Below, in pieces: positions 20,303 through 29,937 of a DNA stretch of 64,000 bases (its first letter is position 1; each line of letters begins with the position of its first letter). Below the pieces are notes generated by a model. It worked only from the letters and a program-made list of their open reading frames with translations. It was not told where the DNA came from and ran no database searches. The DNA is taken from assembly GCA_015059365.1 (NCBI GenBank), contig SVAO01000004.1, forward strand, positions 18,091 through 82,090, given 5' to 3'. A program made the position numbers and the translations under genes. Source of the DNA: Bacillota bacterium. GTDB taxonomy: Bacteria > Bacillota_I > Bacilli_A > RF39 > UBA660.

Positions 20303-20752
20303 TTCATTATTCTTTCTATGCCTTAATACAGATTCTAAGCGTGAAGCACGCAAAATTTGATTTTCCAATGTAAAAAAAGAAATATTAAGTTTTAATTTAG
20401 AATGATTTTTAAAAAAAATATATACATTATCATTTTCCACATAATAATCAGATATTTTATTTAACGAAATCCAACAACAATCATTTACCTGTGGAGAACT
20501 AGTTGGGAAAAATATTATATTTCTACTTTCCTCTATAATAATAGGTAACTTATAATTCATTCCTATCAAACTCTTTGTTCCTTCATATCTCCCCTTATAT
20601 GAACTTCCAAAATACTTACAACTATCATCGATTACATCAAATGATGGTTTATTAACAATATATTCAGCCTCTTCTTCTAATACTTTACATGAAAAATCAT
20701 CAATTGAAATAATTGCTAAAGTACTACTATTTATTTCATAATCATATTTCAT
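20294..20752 (-). CDS. comK: ComK-family competence transcription factor
   Basis: Start refined to ATG 20752 (AGGAGGTG RBS), giving 152 aa. Collinear with B. subtilis ComK as I recall it: YEINSSTLAI, SCKYFGSSYKGRYEGT, KLPIIIE, IFFPTSSP...CCWIS and ENQILRASRL. Confidence 0.8.
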   Translation of the reverse strand: MKYDYEINSSTLAIISIDDFSCKVLEEEAEYIVNKPSFDVIDDSCKYFGSSYKGRYEGTKSLIGMNYKLPIIIEESRNIIFFPTSSPQVNDCCWISLNKISDYYVENDNVYIFFKNHSKLKLNISFFTLENQILRASRLESVLRHRKNNENK

Positions 20753-20850
20753 ATTTTCACCTCCTCTACTACTAAATTTCCATAAAACATGAAAATTTCC
20801 TTTCTTATACATTATTTTTTTGTCAAATTTTGTCGTTTTTTGTAAATATA

Positions 20851-20879
20851 AATAAAAAAAGTGAAAAAATTTCACTTTA
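20851..20879 (-). terminator. intrinsic terminator after dnaN
   Basis: AAAGUGAAA-UUU-UUUCACUUU hairpin overlapping the dnaN stop, then a U-rich tail. Confidence 0.55.
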
Positions 20880-21998
20880 GTAAGTTCTTATAGGCAAAAT
20901 CAATTGAATAATGTCATCACTTTGAGGATTTTTAATAATTATCGGTTTTACTTCACCGTTGAATAAAAGTTTTACTTCCTCGCAATCCAATACTCTCAAA
21001 GCATCCATAATATATTTAGAACTGAATGCTATCCTTATATCTGAATTATTCATATTTAATATTTGAACTTTTTCTGTAACATTTCCAATTTCTGGAATAT
21101 TAGATGTTAATACTATTTGATTGTTATCAATATTTAATTTAATTGTATTCTTATCAGCTTCATTTGTTAATAATGATGCCCTATCTATAGAATTATAAAA
21201 TTCTTTTAAATTTACTGTAATTTCAGTGTTAAATTCATTAGGGATTAACTTTGATGTATCTGGATATGTTCCATTTATTAACTTAGACATAAATATAATA
21301 GTATCAAATTTAAAAATAATTTTATTATTAAATATATGGATATTTATATTTTCATCTTCATCAGATAATAATTTAATTAATTCATTCAAATTTCTTGTAG
21401 GAATTATAATATTAACATTCTCATCCATAGTTTGTTTTAATTCTAATTTCTTAGAAGCAAGACGATAAGAATCAGTTGCAGTACATTCTAAAATATTACC
21501 ATTTATTTTAATATTTAACCCAGTTAATACTGGCCGTGATTCTTGTGTTGAAGTAGCAAAAATTGTTTGATTTATAATATTTCTAAATATTTTTTGGGAT
21601 AATATTATAGGATTTTTACTTTCATCTAGATCTATTTTTGGAAAATCGTTAACCAAATTACAATTTAGATTAAAAGATGAATTTTTTGTACTTATATATA
21701 TTTTTGAATCCATAACTTCTTCTATATCTATTATTTCATTAGGCAATTTTTTAACAATATCATATATATATCTTCCAGAAACAACAATATTACCTAGTGT
21801 GTCAATGCATTCAATTTCATCTTTTTTTATAAATGTATTAATCATAATCTCATTGTCTGTACTTGTTAAAGATAAACCTTCATTTGTTAATTCAAATTTA
21901 ATACAATTAAGAATAGGAATTAAATTCTTATTAGAAATTCCTTTTATTACATAGTTTAAATGTTCCATTAAAATGTTTTGTTTAATTTTTAGTTTCAT
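20877..21998 (-). CDS. dnaN: DNA polymerase III subunit beta (sliding clamp)
   Basis: 373 aa with a three-domain clamp pattern, immediately downstream of dnaA. Confidence 0.96.
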   Translation of the reverse strand: MKLKIKQNILMEHLNYVIKGISNKNLIPILNCIKFELTNEGLSLTSTDNEIMINTFIKKDEIECIDTLGNIVVSGRYIYDIVKKLPNEIIDIEEVMDSKIYISTKNSSFNLNCNLVNDFPKIDLDESKNPIILSQKIFRNIINQTIFATSTQESRPVLTGLNIKINGNILECTATDSYRLASKKLELKQTMDENVNIIIPTRNLNELIKLLSDEDENINIHIFNNKIIFKFDTIIFMSKLINGTYPDTSKLIPNEFNTEITVNLKEFYNSIDRASLLTNEADKNTIKLNIDNNQIVLTSNIPEIGNVTEKVQILNMNNSDIRIAFSSKYIMDALRVLDCEEVKLLFNGEVKPIIIKNPQSDDIIQLILPIRTY

Positions 21999-22144
21999 AA
22001 AACCCTCCTATTTTTATTATTTATAATATTATTTCTTATTATTAATGTGGAAAATGTGTAAATTTAAGAAAAACATTATAAAATAAAGATTATTTTCAAT
22101 TTTTTTAATGTGGATAAGTGTGTAATTTTAAAAAATTATCCACT
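21999..22144. other. oriC part 2 (dnaA-dnaN spacer): DnaA boxes plus AT-rich unwinding candidate
   Basis: TGTGGAAAA at 22046-22054, perfect TGTGGATAA at 22109-22117 and TTATCCACT at 22136-22144. A nearly pure A/T stretch lies at 22011-22045, next to the last box. Confidence 0.75.
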
Positions 22145-23495
22145 ATTTAATTTCTTTTATTATTTTGTTTATTTGATTTTCTAAGTCAGAATTGTTTTTA
22201 ATTTCTTTTTTTATTTTATCAACAGAATGCATTACTGTAGTATGATCTTTTCCGCCAAACTCTAATCCTATTTTCGGAAGTGATTCTTTCAAGCAAACAC
22301 GGCATATATACATTCCAATTTGTCTAGGTACTGAAATATTAGCCATTCTTTTTTTACTTTTTAAATCTTCTAATGAGATGTTATAATGATTGCACACTAA
22401 TTGTTGAACTTGCTCTATTTTATTTTTAGAAATAATGCTTTTAACAAAATAATCTTTTAATGCTTCTACAGCTAAATCCATTGTAATATCTGAACCATTC
22501 ATAATCGCGGCATAAGCAAACACACGAGTAATTGCTCCTTCTAATTTTCTAATATCTGAAGTACAATTACTTGCAATATATTCTTTAACATCCTGTGGAA
22601 AATTATTTTTGATGTCATTGGCTTCTATTTTTTTATCAATAATAGCCATCCTTAATTGGAAATCAGGTGGTAAAATGTCGATTGTTAACCCCCAATTAAA
22701 TCTTGTTCTTAAACGCTCTTCTAATTTTTTTAAATCATCTGGAGAACGGTCTGATGATATAATAATTTGCTTATTATTACAATGTAATTCATTAAATGTG
22801 TTAAAAAATTCTTGTTGTGTTTTGCTTGCAATTTCTAAGTATTGGATGTCATCTATCATTAAAACATCTATTTCTCGATATTTTTTTTTAAAACCATCAA
22901 CAGCATCAAAATTATTTTCCTCTTTATTTTTTCTATATATATTTAAGAAATCGTCGACAAATTTTTCACTAGTAACGTATAAAACTCTTTTTTTACTATT
23001 TTTTACAATATAATTACCAATTGCATGCATTAAATGAGTTTTTCCAAGACCGCTACTTCCATATATAAATAAGGGATTATACATAAATCCTGGTTGTTCA
23101 GCAACTGCAAGAGACGTAGCCTTTGCAAATTTGTTGCTATTTCCCACAATAAAATTATCAAATGTATATTTTGTATCAAGATTAGATTCAAAATTATTAA
23201 AAGATGGAACCCCTACCTTATCTGTATCTATTATTACATTTTTTGTTATTTCATCTTCTAATAAATATTCGAATTTAAAGTTTGTACCTGTAATTTCTGT
23301 GAATATTTCTTCAACGATATTATTATAATTCTCCTTTAAATGTTTTTTATGAACTTGCATAGGAACAATAACTTTAGCCGTATTATCATTTAATTCATGC
23401 AATTTAGTATCCATAAACCACGTTTCATATAGAATTGGGTCCAACTCCCCTTTTACTTTTTCTAAAAATAAATTCCATATAGTATTAATATCCAC
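22143..23495 (-). CDS. dnaA: chromosomal replication initiator protein DnaA
   Basis: 450 aa with Walker A GSSGLGKTHL, an AAA+ domain and a C-terminal HTH (DHTTVMH). Confidence 0.98.
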   Translation of the reverse strand: MDINTIWNLFLEKVKGELDPILYETWFMDTKLHELNDNTAKVIVPMQVHKKHLKENYNNIVEEIFTEITGTNFKFEYLLEDEITKNVIIDTDKVGVPSFNNFESNLDTKYTFDNFIVGNSNKFAKATSLAVAEQPGFMYNPLFIYGSSGLGKTHLMHAIGNYIVKNSKKRVLYVTSEKFVDDFLNIYRKNKEENNFDAVDGFKKKYREIDVLMIDDIQYLEIASKTQQEFFNTFNELHCNNKQIIISSDRSPDDLKKLEERLRTRFNWGLTIDILPPDFQLRMAIIDKKIEANDIKNNFPQDVKEYIASNCTSDIRKLEGAITRVFAYAAIMNGSDITMDLAVEALKDYFVKSIISKNKIEQVQQLVCNHYNISLEDLKSKKRMANISVPRQIGMYICRVCLKESLPKIGLEFGGKDHTTVMHSVDKIKKEIKNNSDLENQINKIIKEIK

Positions 23496-23800
23496 AAGAA
23501 ATCACCTCTCTCACTGTATTTTATATGAGTTGTTAACACTATTTTACAATAAAAAAAAATAAAAACCAATAAAATTTGTGGAAAAACTAAAAAAACATTT
23601 TAATTCACACGTTTTCCACATTAAAAAAGTAGCAACAAACCACACAAAATTAGACTTTTACACACTTTATGTGGAAAAAATATAAACATACCTTATTACG
23701 TGTTAATTAGTTTTCCACAACCTATGTTGAAAACTTGTTTGAGTATTAAAAACAAACACATTTAATACTGTGGAAAAAATTTTTTTAATATAAAAAAAAG
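23496..23800. other. oriC part 1 (upstream of dnaA): five identical TTTTCCACA DnaA boxes in alternating orientation
   Basis: Boxes at 23577-23585(-), 23612-23620(+), 23670-23678(-), 23711-23719(+) and 23769-23777(-). Confidence 0.8.
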
Positions 23801-23803
23801 TAA

Positions 23804-23832
23804 TTGACAAAATGTTTATTTGTCTATATAAT
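23804..23832 (+). promoter_or_regulatory. consensus sigma-A promoter of rpmH
   Basis: TTGACA (23804-23809), 17 nt spacer, TATAAT (23827-23832). Confidence 0.65.
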
Positions 23833-23873
23833 GAATAGAGCAACGAATTATAGTCTCAGGAGGTGGAATAAAA

Positions 23874-23996
23874 ATGAAAAGAACATTTCAACCAAATAAT
23901 AGAAAAAGAAGTAAAAAATTAGGTTTCTTAGCACGTATGAAAACAAAGATAATCAATGCTAGAAGAAAAAAAGGTCGTAAAGTATTATCACATTAA
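23874..23996 (+). CDS. rpmH: 50S ribosomal protein L34 (40 aa)
   Basis: Below the ORF-track cutoff. My translation: [51 protein letters not shown]. Confidence 0.93.
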   Translation: MKRTFQPNNRKRSKKLGFLARMKTKIINARRKKGRKVLSH

Positions 23997-24000
23997 TATT

Positions 24001-24025
24001 ACCACTGTTAATTCAGTGGTTTTTA
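24001..24025 (+). terminator. hairpin/attenuator between rpmH and rnpA
   Basis: ACCACTG-ttaatt-CAGTGGT followed by TTTTT. Confidence 0.5.
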
Positions 24026-24044
24026 ATTATAAGAGGTGTTTATT

Positions 24045-24392
24045 GTGAAAAAAAAGAATATCATAAAGAGTAATAGGGACTTTGATAGAATAATTAAAAA
24101 TAATAAATCATATAGATATAAAGATTATATTATATATTTAGAAAGAACAACTGATTATGATTACCATTTTGGCTTATCAGTGGGGAAAAAAATAGGTAAT
24201 GCTGTTATTAGAAATAAAGTAAAACGACAGTTAAAAGCTATAATTGACAAAAATAACTATGAAAAAGGTATTAATTGTATTATAATAGTAAGGAAAGGAA
24301 TATTAGAAAAATCCTTTGTTATGATGGAAGAAGAATTAAATAATTGTTTTGAAAAATTAAAAATAAAAAAGGAGAAAATAAATGAAAAATAA
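24045..24392 (+). CDS. rnpA: ribonuclease P protein component
   Basis: Start refined to GTG 24045 (AGAGGTG RBS 6 nt upstream). Basic protein with the RNR-like motif NRVKRQLK. Confidence 0.9.
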   Translation: MKKKNIIKSNRDFDRIIKNNKSYRYKDYIIYLERTTDYDYHFGLSVGKKIGNAVIRNKVKRQLKAIIDKNNYEKGINCIIIVRKGILEKSFVMMEEELNNCFEKLKIKKEKINEK

Positions 24393-25317
24393 AAAAATCA
24401 CATTAGTATTACTTTTTATAATGTTAATATCTTTAACTGGATGTACAAAAATATTAAAAAATGAAGAAAATAAAGCAGTTCAAAACCAAACAACTGGCCA
24501 AAGCCTAGTAGAAAACATCTTATGTCAACCTGAAGACCAATCAACAATCGAGCTTTATAATCAAAATAATATAGATATAACTAAATTACCAAAATGTAAT
24601 GAGTTTAAAATAACATCTGGTGGTTATGAGGGAATATGGACAACTGTTTTTGTAAAACCACTAGCATGGATTATTATTCAGATAGGGAATTTGGTAAAGA
24701 ATTATGGTTTATCAGTTATTATTGTAACTTTGTTAATAAGGTTAGTAATGTATCCTGTAACACAAAAAACAGCAATGCAGTCAGAAAATATGAAAAAAGC
24801 AAAGCCAGAATTAGATAAATTAGAAAAAAAATATAAAAATCGTCAAGATAATGAATCAATGATGCAAAAATCTCAAGAAATGATGGCAATATATAAAAAA
24901 CATAATATAAGTCCTTTATCTGGGTGTCTATTTTCATTTATTCAAATACCATTATTCTTCGCATTTTATGAAGCAATGAACAGAATTCCTGCTTTGTTTG
25001 AAGAAAATTTATTAGGATTTCAATTAGGAACCAGCCCATTAACAGCAATGTCTGCAGGAAAGTTTTATTACATAATATTTGTTTTACTAGTTATTGGGGC
25101 AACATATTTTTCATTTAAACTTAACTCTACAGCTAGTATAAGTGGAGAACAAGAAAAGCAAATGAAAATGATGACAAATGTGTCTATAATTATGATATCA
25201 ATAGCTTCTTTTACAATATCAACAGGTATTGCACTATATTGGATATTCAATAGTGGATTTACAATACTACAAAATCTATTAGTAAAAAGGAGAAAAAAGA
25301 ATGATAACATCATATAA
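24382..25317 (+). CDS. yidC: membrane protein insertase YidC/SpoIIIJ (lipoprotein type)
   Basis: 311 aa with an LTGC lipobox, a 60-kDa-IMP core and a basic C-tail. Confidence 0.93.
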   Translation: MKNKKITLVLLFIMLISLTGCTKILKNEENKAVQNQTTGQSLVENILCQPEDQSTIELYNQNNIDITKLPKCNEFKITSGGYEGIWTTVFVKPLAWIIIQIGNLVKNYGLSVIIVTLLIRLVMYPVTQKTAMQSENMKKAKPELDKLEKKYKNRQDNESMMQKSQEMMAIYKKHNISPLSGCLFSFIQIPLFFAFYEAMNRIPALFEENLLGFQLGTSPLTAMSAGKFYYIIFVLLVIGATYFSFKLNSTASISGEQEKQMKMMTNVSIIMISIASFTISTGIALYWIFNSGFTILQNLLVKRRKKNDNII

Positions 25318-25915
25318 ATATGAAGGAAAAAGTAAAGAAGAATTAGAAAATAAATATTTGACAGAATTAAATGTTGAACCGTCTGAAATATTTATAAAAG
25401 AAACTGTCGAAGAAGGAAAGTTATTTAAATCAAAAAAATATGTAATTGAAGTATTAAAAAAAGAAGATATTATTGTATATGTTAAAGAATATTTAAAAAA
25501 TTTAGAACAAGGACTACAATTAAAAATAAGTAGTGAAATTAAATTTAATGATGACATATTAAACATAATATTAGTTTCAGATAATAATGCAATATTAATT
25601 GGAAAAGAAGGAAGAACATTAGAATCTATTAAAATATTGTTGAGAAATTCAATAAAAAATAAAATAGGATTTAATATTAAAATTAATTTAGACGCATCTA
25701 ATTATAAAGCTAAAAAACAAAAAAATTTAGAATATGAAATTAAGAAAATAGCAAAAGATGTATTAAAGACACATATAGAAGTTAAACTAGATCCTATGAA
25801 CTCATATGACCGAAGATGTGTGCATAATGTAATAGCTAAATTTGATGGATTAAAATCATTAAGTTATGGTGAAAGTCCAAATCGATACGTAGTAATTAGT
25901 TATAAAGAGGATTAA
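25301..25915 (+). CDS. jag: RNA-binding protein Jag/KhpB (KH + R3H domains)
   Basis: 204 aa with an R3H region (NSYDRRCVHNV). Overlaps the yidC end. Confidence 0.88.
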   Translation: MITSYKYEGKSKEELENKYLTELNVEPSEIFIKETVEEGKLFKSKKYVIEVLKKEDIIVYVKEYLKNLEQGLQLKISSEIKFNDDILNIILVSDNNAILIGKEGRTLESIKILLRNSIKNKIGFNIKINLDASNYKAKKQKNLEYEIKKIAKDVLKTHIEVKLDPMNSYDRRCVHNVIAKFDGLKSLSYGESPNRYVVISYKED

Positions 25916-25979
25916 CCCTCTTTTTTATTGACTAAATAATAAATTAATAATAAAATATACCTAGCAAAGGAGAGATAAT

Positions 25980-27329
25980 ATGGAAGATACTATAGCAGCT
26001 ATTTCAACATCACTTGGTGTAGGAGCTATATCTATAATAAGAGTAAGTGGGCATGAATCTATAGATATTGTTAGCAAAATATTTAAGGGAAGTAATTTAA
26101 AAGAAAAAGAAAGTCACACAATTACTTATGGACATATTGTAGACGGAACACAAATAATCGATGAAGTTTTAGTTTCCATTATGAAATCTCCTAAGACTTT
26201 TACTACTGAAGACATAGTTGAAATTAATTGCCACGGTGGCATTGCCACAACTAATAAAGTGCTAGAGTTACTTTTATTAAATGGATGTAGATTAGCAGAA
26301 CCAGGAGAATTTACTAAAAGAGCTTTTTTAAATGGAAGAATTGATTTAATAGAGGCAGAAGGTATAATGGGGGTTATAAATGCCAAATCAGAGAAATCAC
26401 GAGTATTAGCGATAAATCAATTAAATGGTAGTACTTCTAGTATGATAAAAGAGTTACGACAAGAAATAATAGAATTGCTAGCTAACATAGAAGTAAATAT
26501 TGACTATCCAGAATATGACGATATAGAACAAGTAAGTATTAAGATGTTAAAATCAAAAATAAGTACAATTACGGATAAAATACAAAATATAATAGAAAAA
26601 AGTGAAAGTAGTAAGATAATTAAAGAAGGCATAAATGTTTCAATAATTGGAAGACCTAACGTTGGTAAAAGTAGTTTGTTAAATTGTTTGTTAGAAGAAG
26701 AAAAAGCAATAGTTACTGATATAGAAGGAACTACAAGAGATACTGTAGAGGGAAAAATAAATTTAAATGGATTAATATTAAATATAATTGATACCGCAGG
26801 TATTAGGGATACTAATGATGTTGTTGAAAAAATAGGTGTTCAAAAAAGTTTAGATTTAATAGAAAAATCTGATTTAGTCTTATATATGTTAAATAATAAT
26901 GAAGAATTAACTATTGAAGATATTAAGATAATAGATAACTTAAAAAACAAAAACTATATTATTTTGATTAATAAGACAGATTTAGCAAGTAAATTAAATA
27001 GAGATGTTCTTAAAAACTATATTGAAATTAGTGTACTAGATAATAAAGGTATAGATTGTTTAAAAGAAAAAATATTAGAATTATTTAATTTAGAAAAAAT
27101 TGAAACAAAGGATTTATCTTATTTAAGTGATGCAAGGAGTATAGCCTTATTGAAAAAAGCTTATCAGTCAATAAAATCTGCCAAGGAAGGTATAGATAAT
27201 AGTTTTCCTGTAGATATGGTAGAGATAGATATAAAAGAATGTTGGGATTTACTAGGAGAAATTATAGGGGAAACCTATCAAGAGGAATTAATAAATCAAT
27301 TATTTAGTCAATTTTGTTTAGGAAAATAA
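25980..27329 (+). CDS. mnmE: tRNA modification GTPase MnmE
   Basis: 449 aa with G1 GRPNVGKSS, DTAG and a C-terminal CLGK. Confidence 0.96.
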   Translation: MEDTIAAISTSLGVGAISIIRVSGHESIDIVSKIFKGSNLKEKESHTITYGHIVDGTQIIDEVLVSIMKSPKTFTTEDIVEINCHGGIATTNKVLELLLLNGCRLAEPGEFTKRAFLNGRIDLIEAEGIMGVINAKSEKSRVLAINQLNGSTSSMIKELRQEIIELLANIEVNIDYPEYDDIEQVSIKMLKSKISTITDKIQNIIEKSESSKIIKEGINVSIIGRPNVGKSSLLNCLLEEEKAIVTDIEGTTRDTVEGKINLNGLILNIIDTAGIRDTNDVVEKIGVQKSLDLIEKSDLVLYMLNNNEELTIEDIKIIDNLKNKNYIILINKTDLASKLNRDVLKNYIEISVLDNKGIDCLKEKILELFNLEKIETKDLSYLSDARSIALLKKAYQSIKSAKEGIDNSFPVDMVEIDIKECWDLLGEIIGETYQEELINQLFSQFCLGK

Positions 27330-27359
27330 ATATAACTTATAGAATTAAGAAGGTGAATT

Positions 27360-29228
27360 ATGAATTATGAAATAATTGTAGTTGGTGGTGGACATGCAGG
27401 ATGTGAAGCCGCATTAGCGTGTGCTAGAAAAGGTCATAAGACAATTTTAGTTACTGGAAATATAAAAAATATTGCAGATATGCCATGTAATCCATCAATT
27501 GGTGGGAGTGCTAAAGGAATTGTTGTGCGTGAAATTGATGCCCTTGGAGGTGAAATGGGTGTCAATGCAGATAAAGGGCAAATCCAAATTAAAATGCTAA
27601 ATATTGGAAAAGGTCCTGCTGTTCAAGCACTAAGAGCCCAAGCTGACAAGATAACATATCCAAAAGAGATGTTAAAAACTTTGCAAAATACTAAAAATTT
27701 AGATATTTTTGAGGCTATAGTAGAGGATTTAATTGTAGAAAATAATAAAATAAAAGGTGTTGTTTTAGAAAATGGAAAAACAATTGAAGCATTATCTGTA
27801 ATTTTAACAACAGGAACATATTTAAAAGCAGATATTTTAGTTGGAGATACCAGAAGAAGAGAGGGACCTCATGGTGAAAAACCAAGTAATTATTTAAGTG
27901 AAAATCTAGAAAAATTAGGATTTAAAATTGTTAGATTAAAAACAGGAACACCACAAAGAATAGATAAAAATAGTATTGATTTTTCAAAAACAAGAGAAGA
28001 AAAAGGCGATTCAAAACATTTATCATTTAGTTTTGATAGTGTTCCTACATATAATATTGATGAGCAAATTTCTTGTCATTTAATATATACAACACCTGAA
28101 ACTCATGAAATTATAAGACAAAATTTGAATAAATCTAGTATGTATGGCGGTTTAGATGATATTAAAGGAGTAGGACCAAGATATTGTCCATCAATCGAAG
28201 ATAAAGTTGTAAGATTTTCAGAAAAAGAAAAACACCAATTATTTTTAGAACCAGAAAGCAAATACTATGATGATATATATATTCAAGGATTTTCTACTAG
28301 TATGCCATATGATGTACAAGATAAAATGGTACACTCATTGCCAGGATTGGAAAATGCTAAAATATTAAAATATGCTTATGCAATTGAATATGATGCAATT
28401 TATCCAACCCAATTAAAACAATCTTTAGAAACAAAATTAATTGATGGTTTGTTTACTGCAGGTCAAATTAATGGAACAAGTGGTTATGAAGAAGCAGCAT
28501 GTCAAGGTCTAATTGCAGGAATAAACGCTTCATTAAAAATAGAAGGAAAAGAACCTTTAATATTAAAGAGAAACGAAGCATATATAGGGGTATTAATTGA
28601 TGATTTAGTTACAAAAGGGGTAAGGGATCCTTATAGACTTCTTACTTCAAGGGCAGAATATCGTTTATTGTTAAGACATGATAATGCTGATTTACGTTTA
28701 AGAGAAATAGGTTACAATGTTGGTTTAATAGATGAGGAAAGATATAATAAATTTGTTACAAAAAAAGAAAAAATTGAAGAATTGAAACAAATGTTACAAG
28801 TTAATAAATTAACACCATCTGAGGAAACAAACGAATTTTTACAATCTATTAATTCAGCGATTTTAAAAGATGGAATAACCTTTTATAACTTATTAAAACG
28901 TCCAGAAATAAGCATGGACATAGTAAAAAAATATATAGATATAAATTTTGACAAGGATATTTTAGACCAAGTTGAAATATCTATAAAATATGAAGGATAT
29001 ATTAAAAAAGCGGAAAAAGAAGCGGAAAAGTTATTAAACTTAGAAAATAAAAAGATACCAGAAGATATAGATTATGATAGAATTCATAACATTGCCAGTG
29101 AAGCAAAACAAAAGCTTAAAGAAGTTAAACCCACTTCAATTGCTCAAGCGTTAAGAATTAGTGGTGTTAATCCAGCAGATATATCAATATTAATGATATA
29201 TTTAAAGAAGGAGTATAATCGTGAATAA
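27360..29228 (+). CDS. mnmG: tRNA uridine 5-carboxymethylaminomethyl modification enzyme MnmG
   Basis: 622 aa with FAD motif GGGHAGCEAA. Confidence 0.97.
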   Translation: MNYEIIVVGGGHAGCEAALACARKGHKTILVTGNIKNIADMPCNPSIGGSAKGIVVREIDALGGEMGVNADKGQIQIKMLNIGKGPAVQALRAQADKITYPKEMLKTLQNTKNLDIFEAIVEDLIVENNKIKGVVLENGKTIEALSVILTTGTYLKADILVGDTRRREGPHGEKPSNYLSENLEKLGFKIVRLKTGTPQRIDKNSIDFSKTREEKGDSKHLSFSFDSVPTYNIDEQISCHLIYTTPETHEIIRQNLNKSSMYGGLDDIKGVGPRYCPSIEDKVVRFSEKEKHQLFLEPESKYYDDIYIQGFSTSMPYDVQDKMVHSLPGLENAKILKYAYAIEYDAIYPTQLKQSLETKLIDGLFTAGQINGTSGYEEAACQGLIAGINASLKIEGKEPLILKRNEAYIGVLIDDLVTKGVRDPYRLLTSRAEYRLLLRHDNADLRLREIGYNVGLIDEERYNKFVTKKEKIEELKQMLQVNKLTPSEETNEFLQSINSAILKDGITFYNLLKRPEISMDIVKKYIDINFDKDILDQVEISIKYEGYIKKAEKEAEKLLNLENKKIPEDIDYDRIHNIASEAKQKLKEVKPTSIAQALRISGVNPADISILMIYLKKEYNRE

Positions 29229-29925
29229 AAATGAATTTTTAGAAGCACTGAAAAATTTAAATATAACTCCTACAGAGGGACAGTTAAAACAATTAGAAGA
29301 ATATTATCAATTGCTTGTAGAATGGAATGAAAAAATTAATTTAACTGCGATAACTGAAGAAGAACAGGTATATTTAAAACATTTTTATGATTCTTTGACT
29401 GTATGTAAAATTATAGATTTAAATAATCAAAGTAATTTATGTGATGTTGGAACGGGTGCTGGTTTTCCGGGAATCGTATTAAAAATATTTTATCCAAATT
29501 TAAAAATAACCCTAGTAGATTCATTAAATAAAAGAATAATTTTTCTAGATAAAGTTATAAAAAAATTAAATTTAACCGGAATCGAAACAATTCATTCCAG
29601 GGTAGAAGAATTTGCTAAAGATAATAGGGAAAAATATGATGTTGCTATAGCAAGAGCTGTAGCTCCAATAAATATTTTATTGGAATATTGTATTCCCATG
29701 ATAAAAGAAAATAAATATTTTGTTTCCATGAAAGGAGATATTTCCCGGGAAATAAATATACTAGATAGCAGTTTAAATAAAATATCTGCAAAATTAATAA
29801 AAATAGAAGAATTCAATCTTCCAATTGAAAATAGTAAAAGAACGTTATTATTAATATCTAAAGATAAAAAAACAAATAAAAAATTTCCTAGAAAAAATTC
29901 AGAAATTAAGAAGCAACCATTGTAG
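29221..29925 (+). CDS. rsmG: 16S rRNA (guanine527-N7)-methyltransferase
   Basis: 234 aa with SAM motif DVGTGAGFPG. GTG start with an AGGAG RBS. Confidence 0.93.
   Translation: MNKNEFLEALKNLNITPTEGQLKQLEEYYQLLVEWNEKINLTAITEEEQVYLKHFYDSLTVCKIIDLNNQSNLCDVGTGAGFPGIVLKIFYPNLKITLVDSLNKRIIFLDKVIKKLNLTGIETIHSRVEEFAKDNREKYDVAIARAVAPINILLEYCIPMIKENKYFVSMKGDISREINILDSSLNKISAKLIKIEEFNLPIENSKRTLLLISKDKKTNKKFPRKNSEIKKQPL
29739..29754. other. perfect Noc-binding-site (NBS) palindrome TATTTCCCGGGAAATA inside rsmG
   Basis: Identical 16-bp palindrome to 8092-8107, 264 bp upstream of the noc start. Confidence 0.65.
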
Positions 29926-29937
29926 CTTCTTTTTTTA
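29908..29937 (+). terminator. intrinsic terminator after rsmG
   Basis: AAGAAGC-N10-GCTTCTT followed by a T-run. Overlaps the rsmG stop codon. Confidence 0.55.

Noticed and set aside
23577-23777. Regularly spaced 9-mers (TGTGGAAAA/TTTTCCACA) that could be mistaken for a small repeat or CRISPR-like array
   Set aside because: The units are 9 bp, occur in alternating orientation with irregular 35-58 bp spacing, and match the DnaA box. They sit between dnaA and rpmH, so they belong to oriC and are not a CRISPR array.
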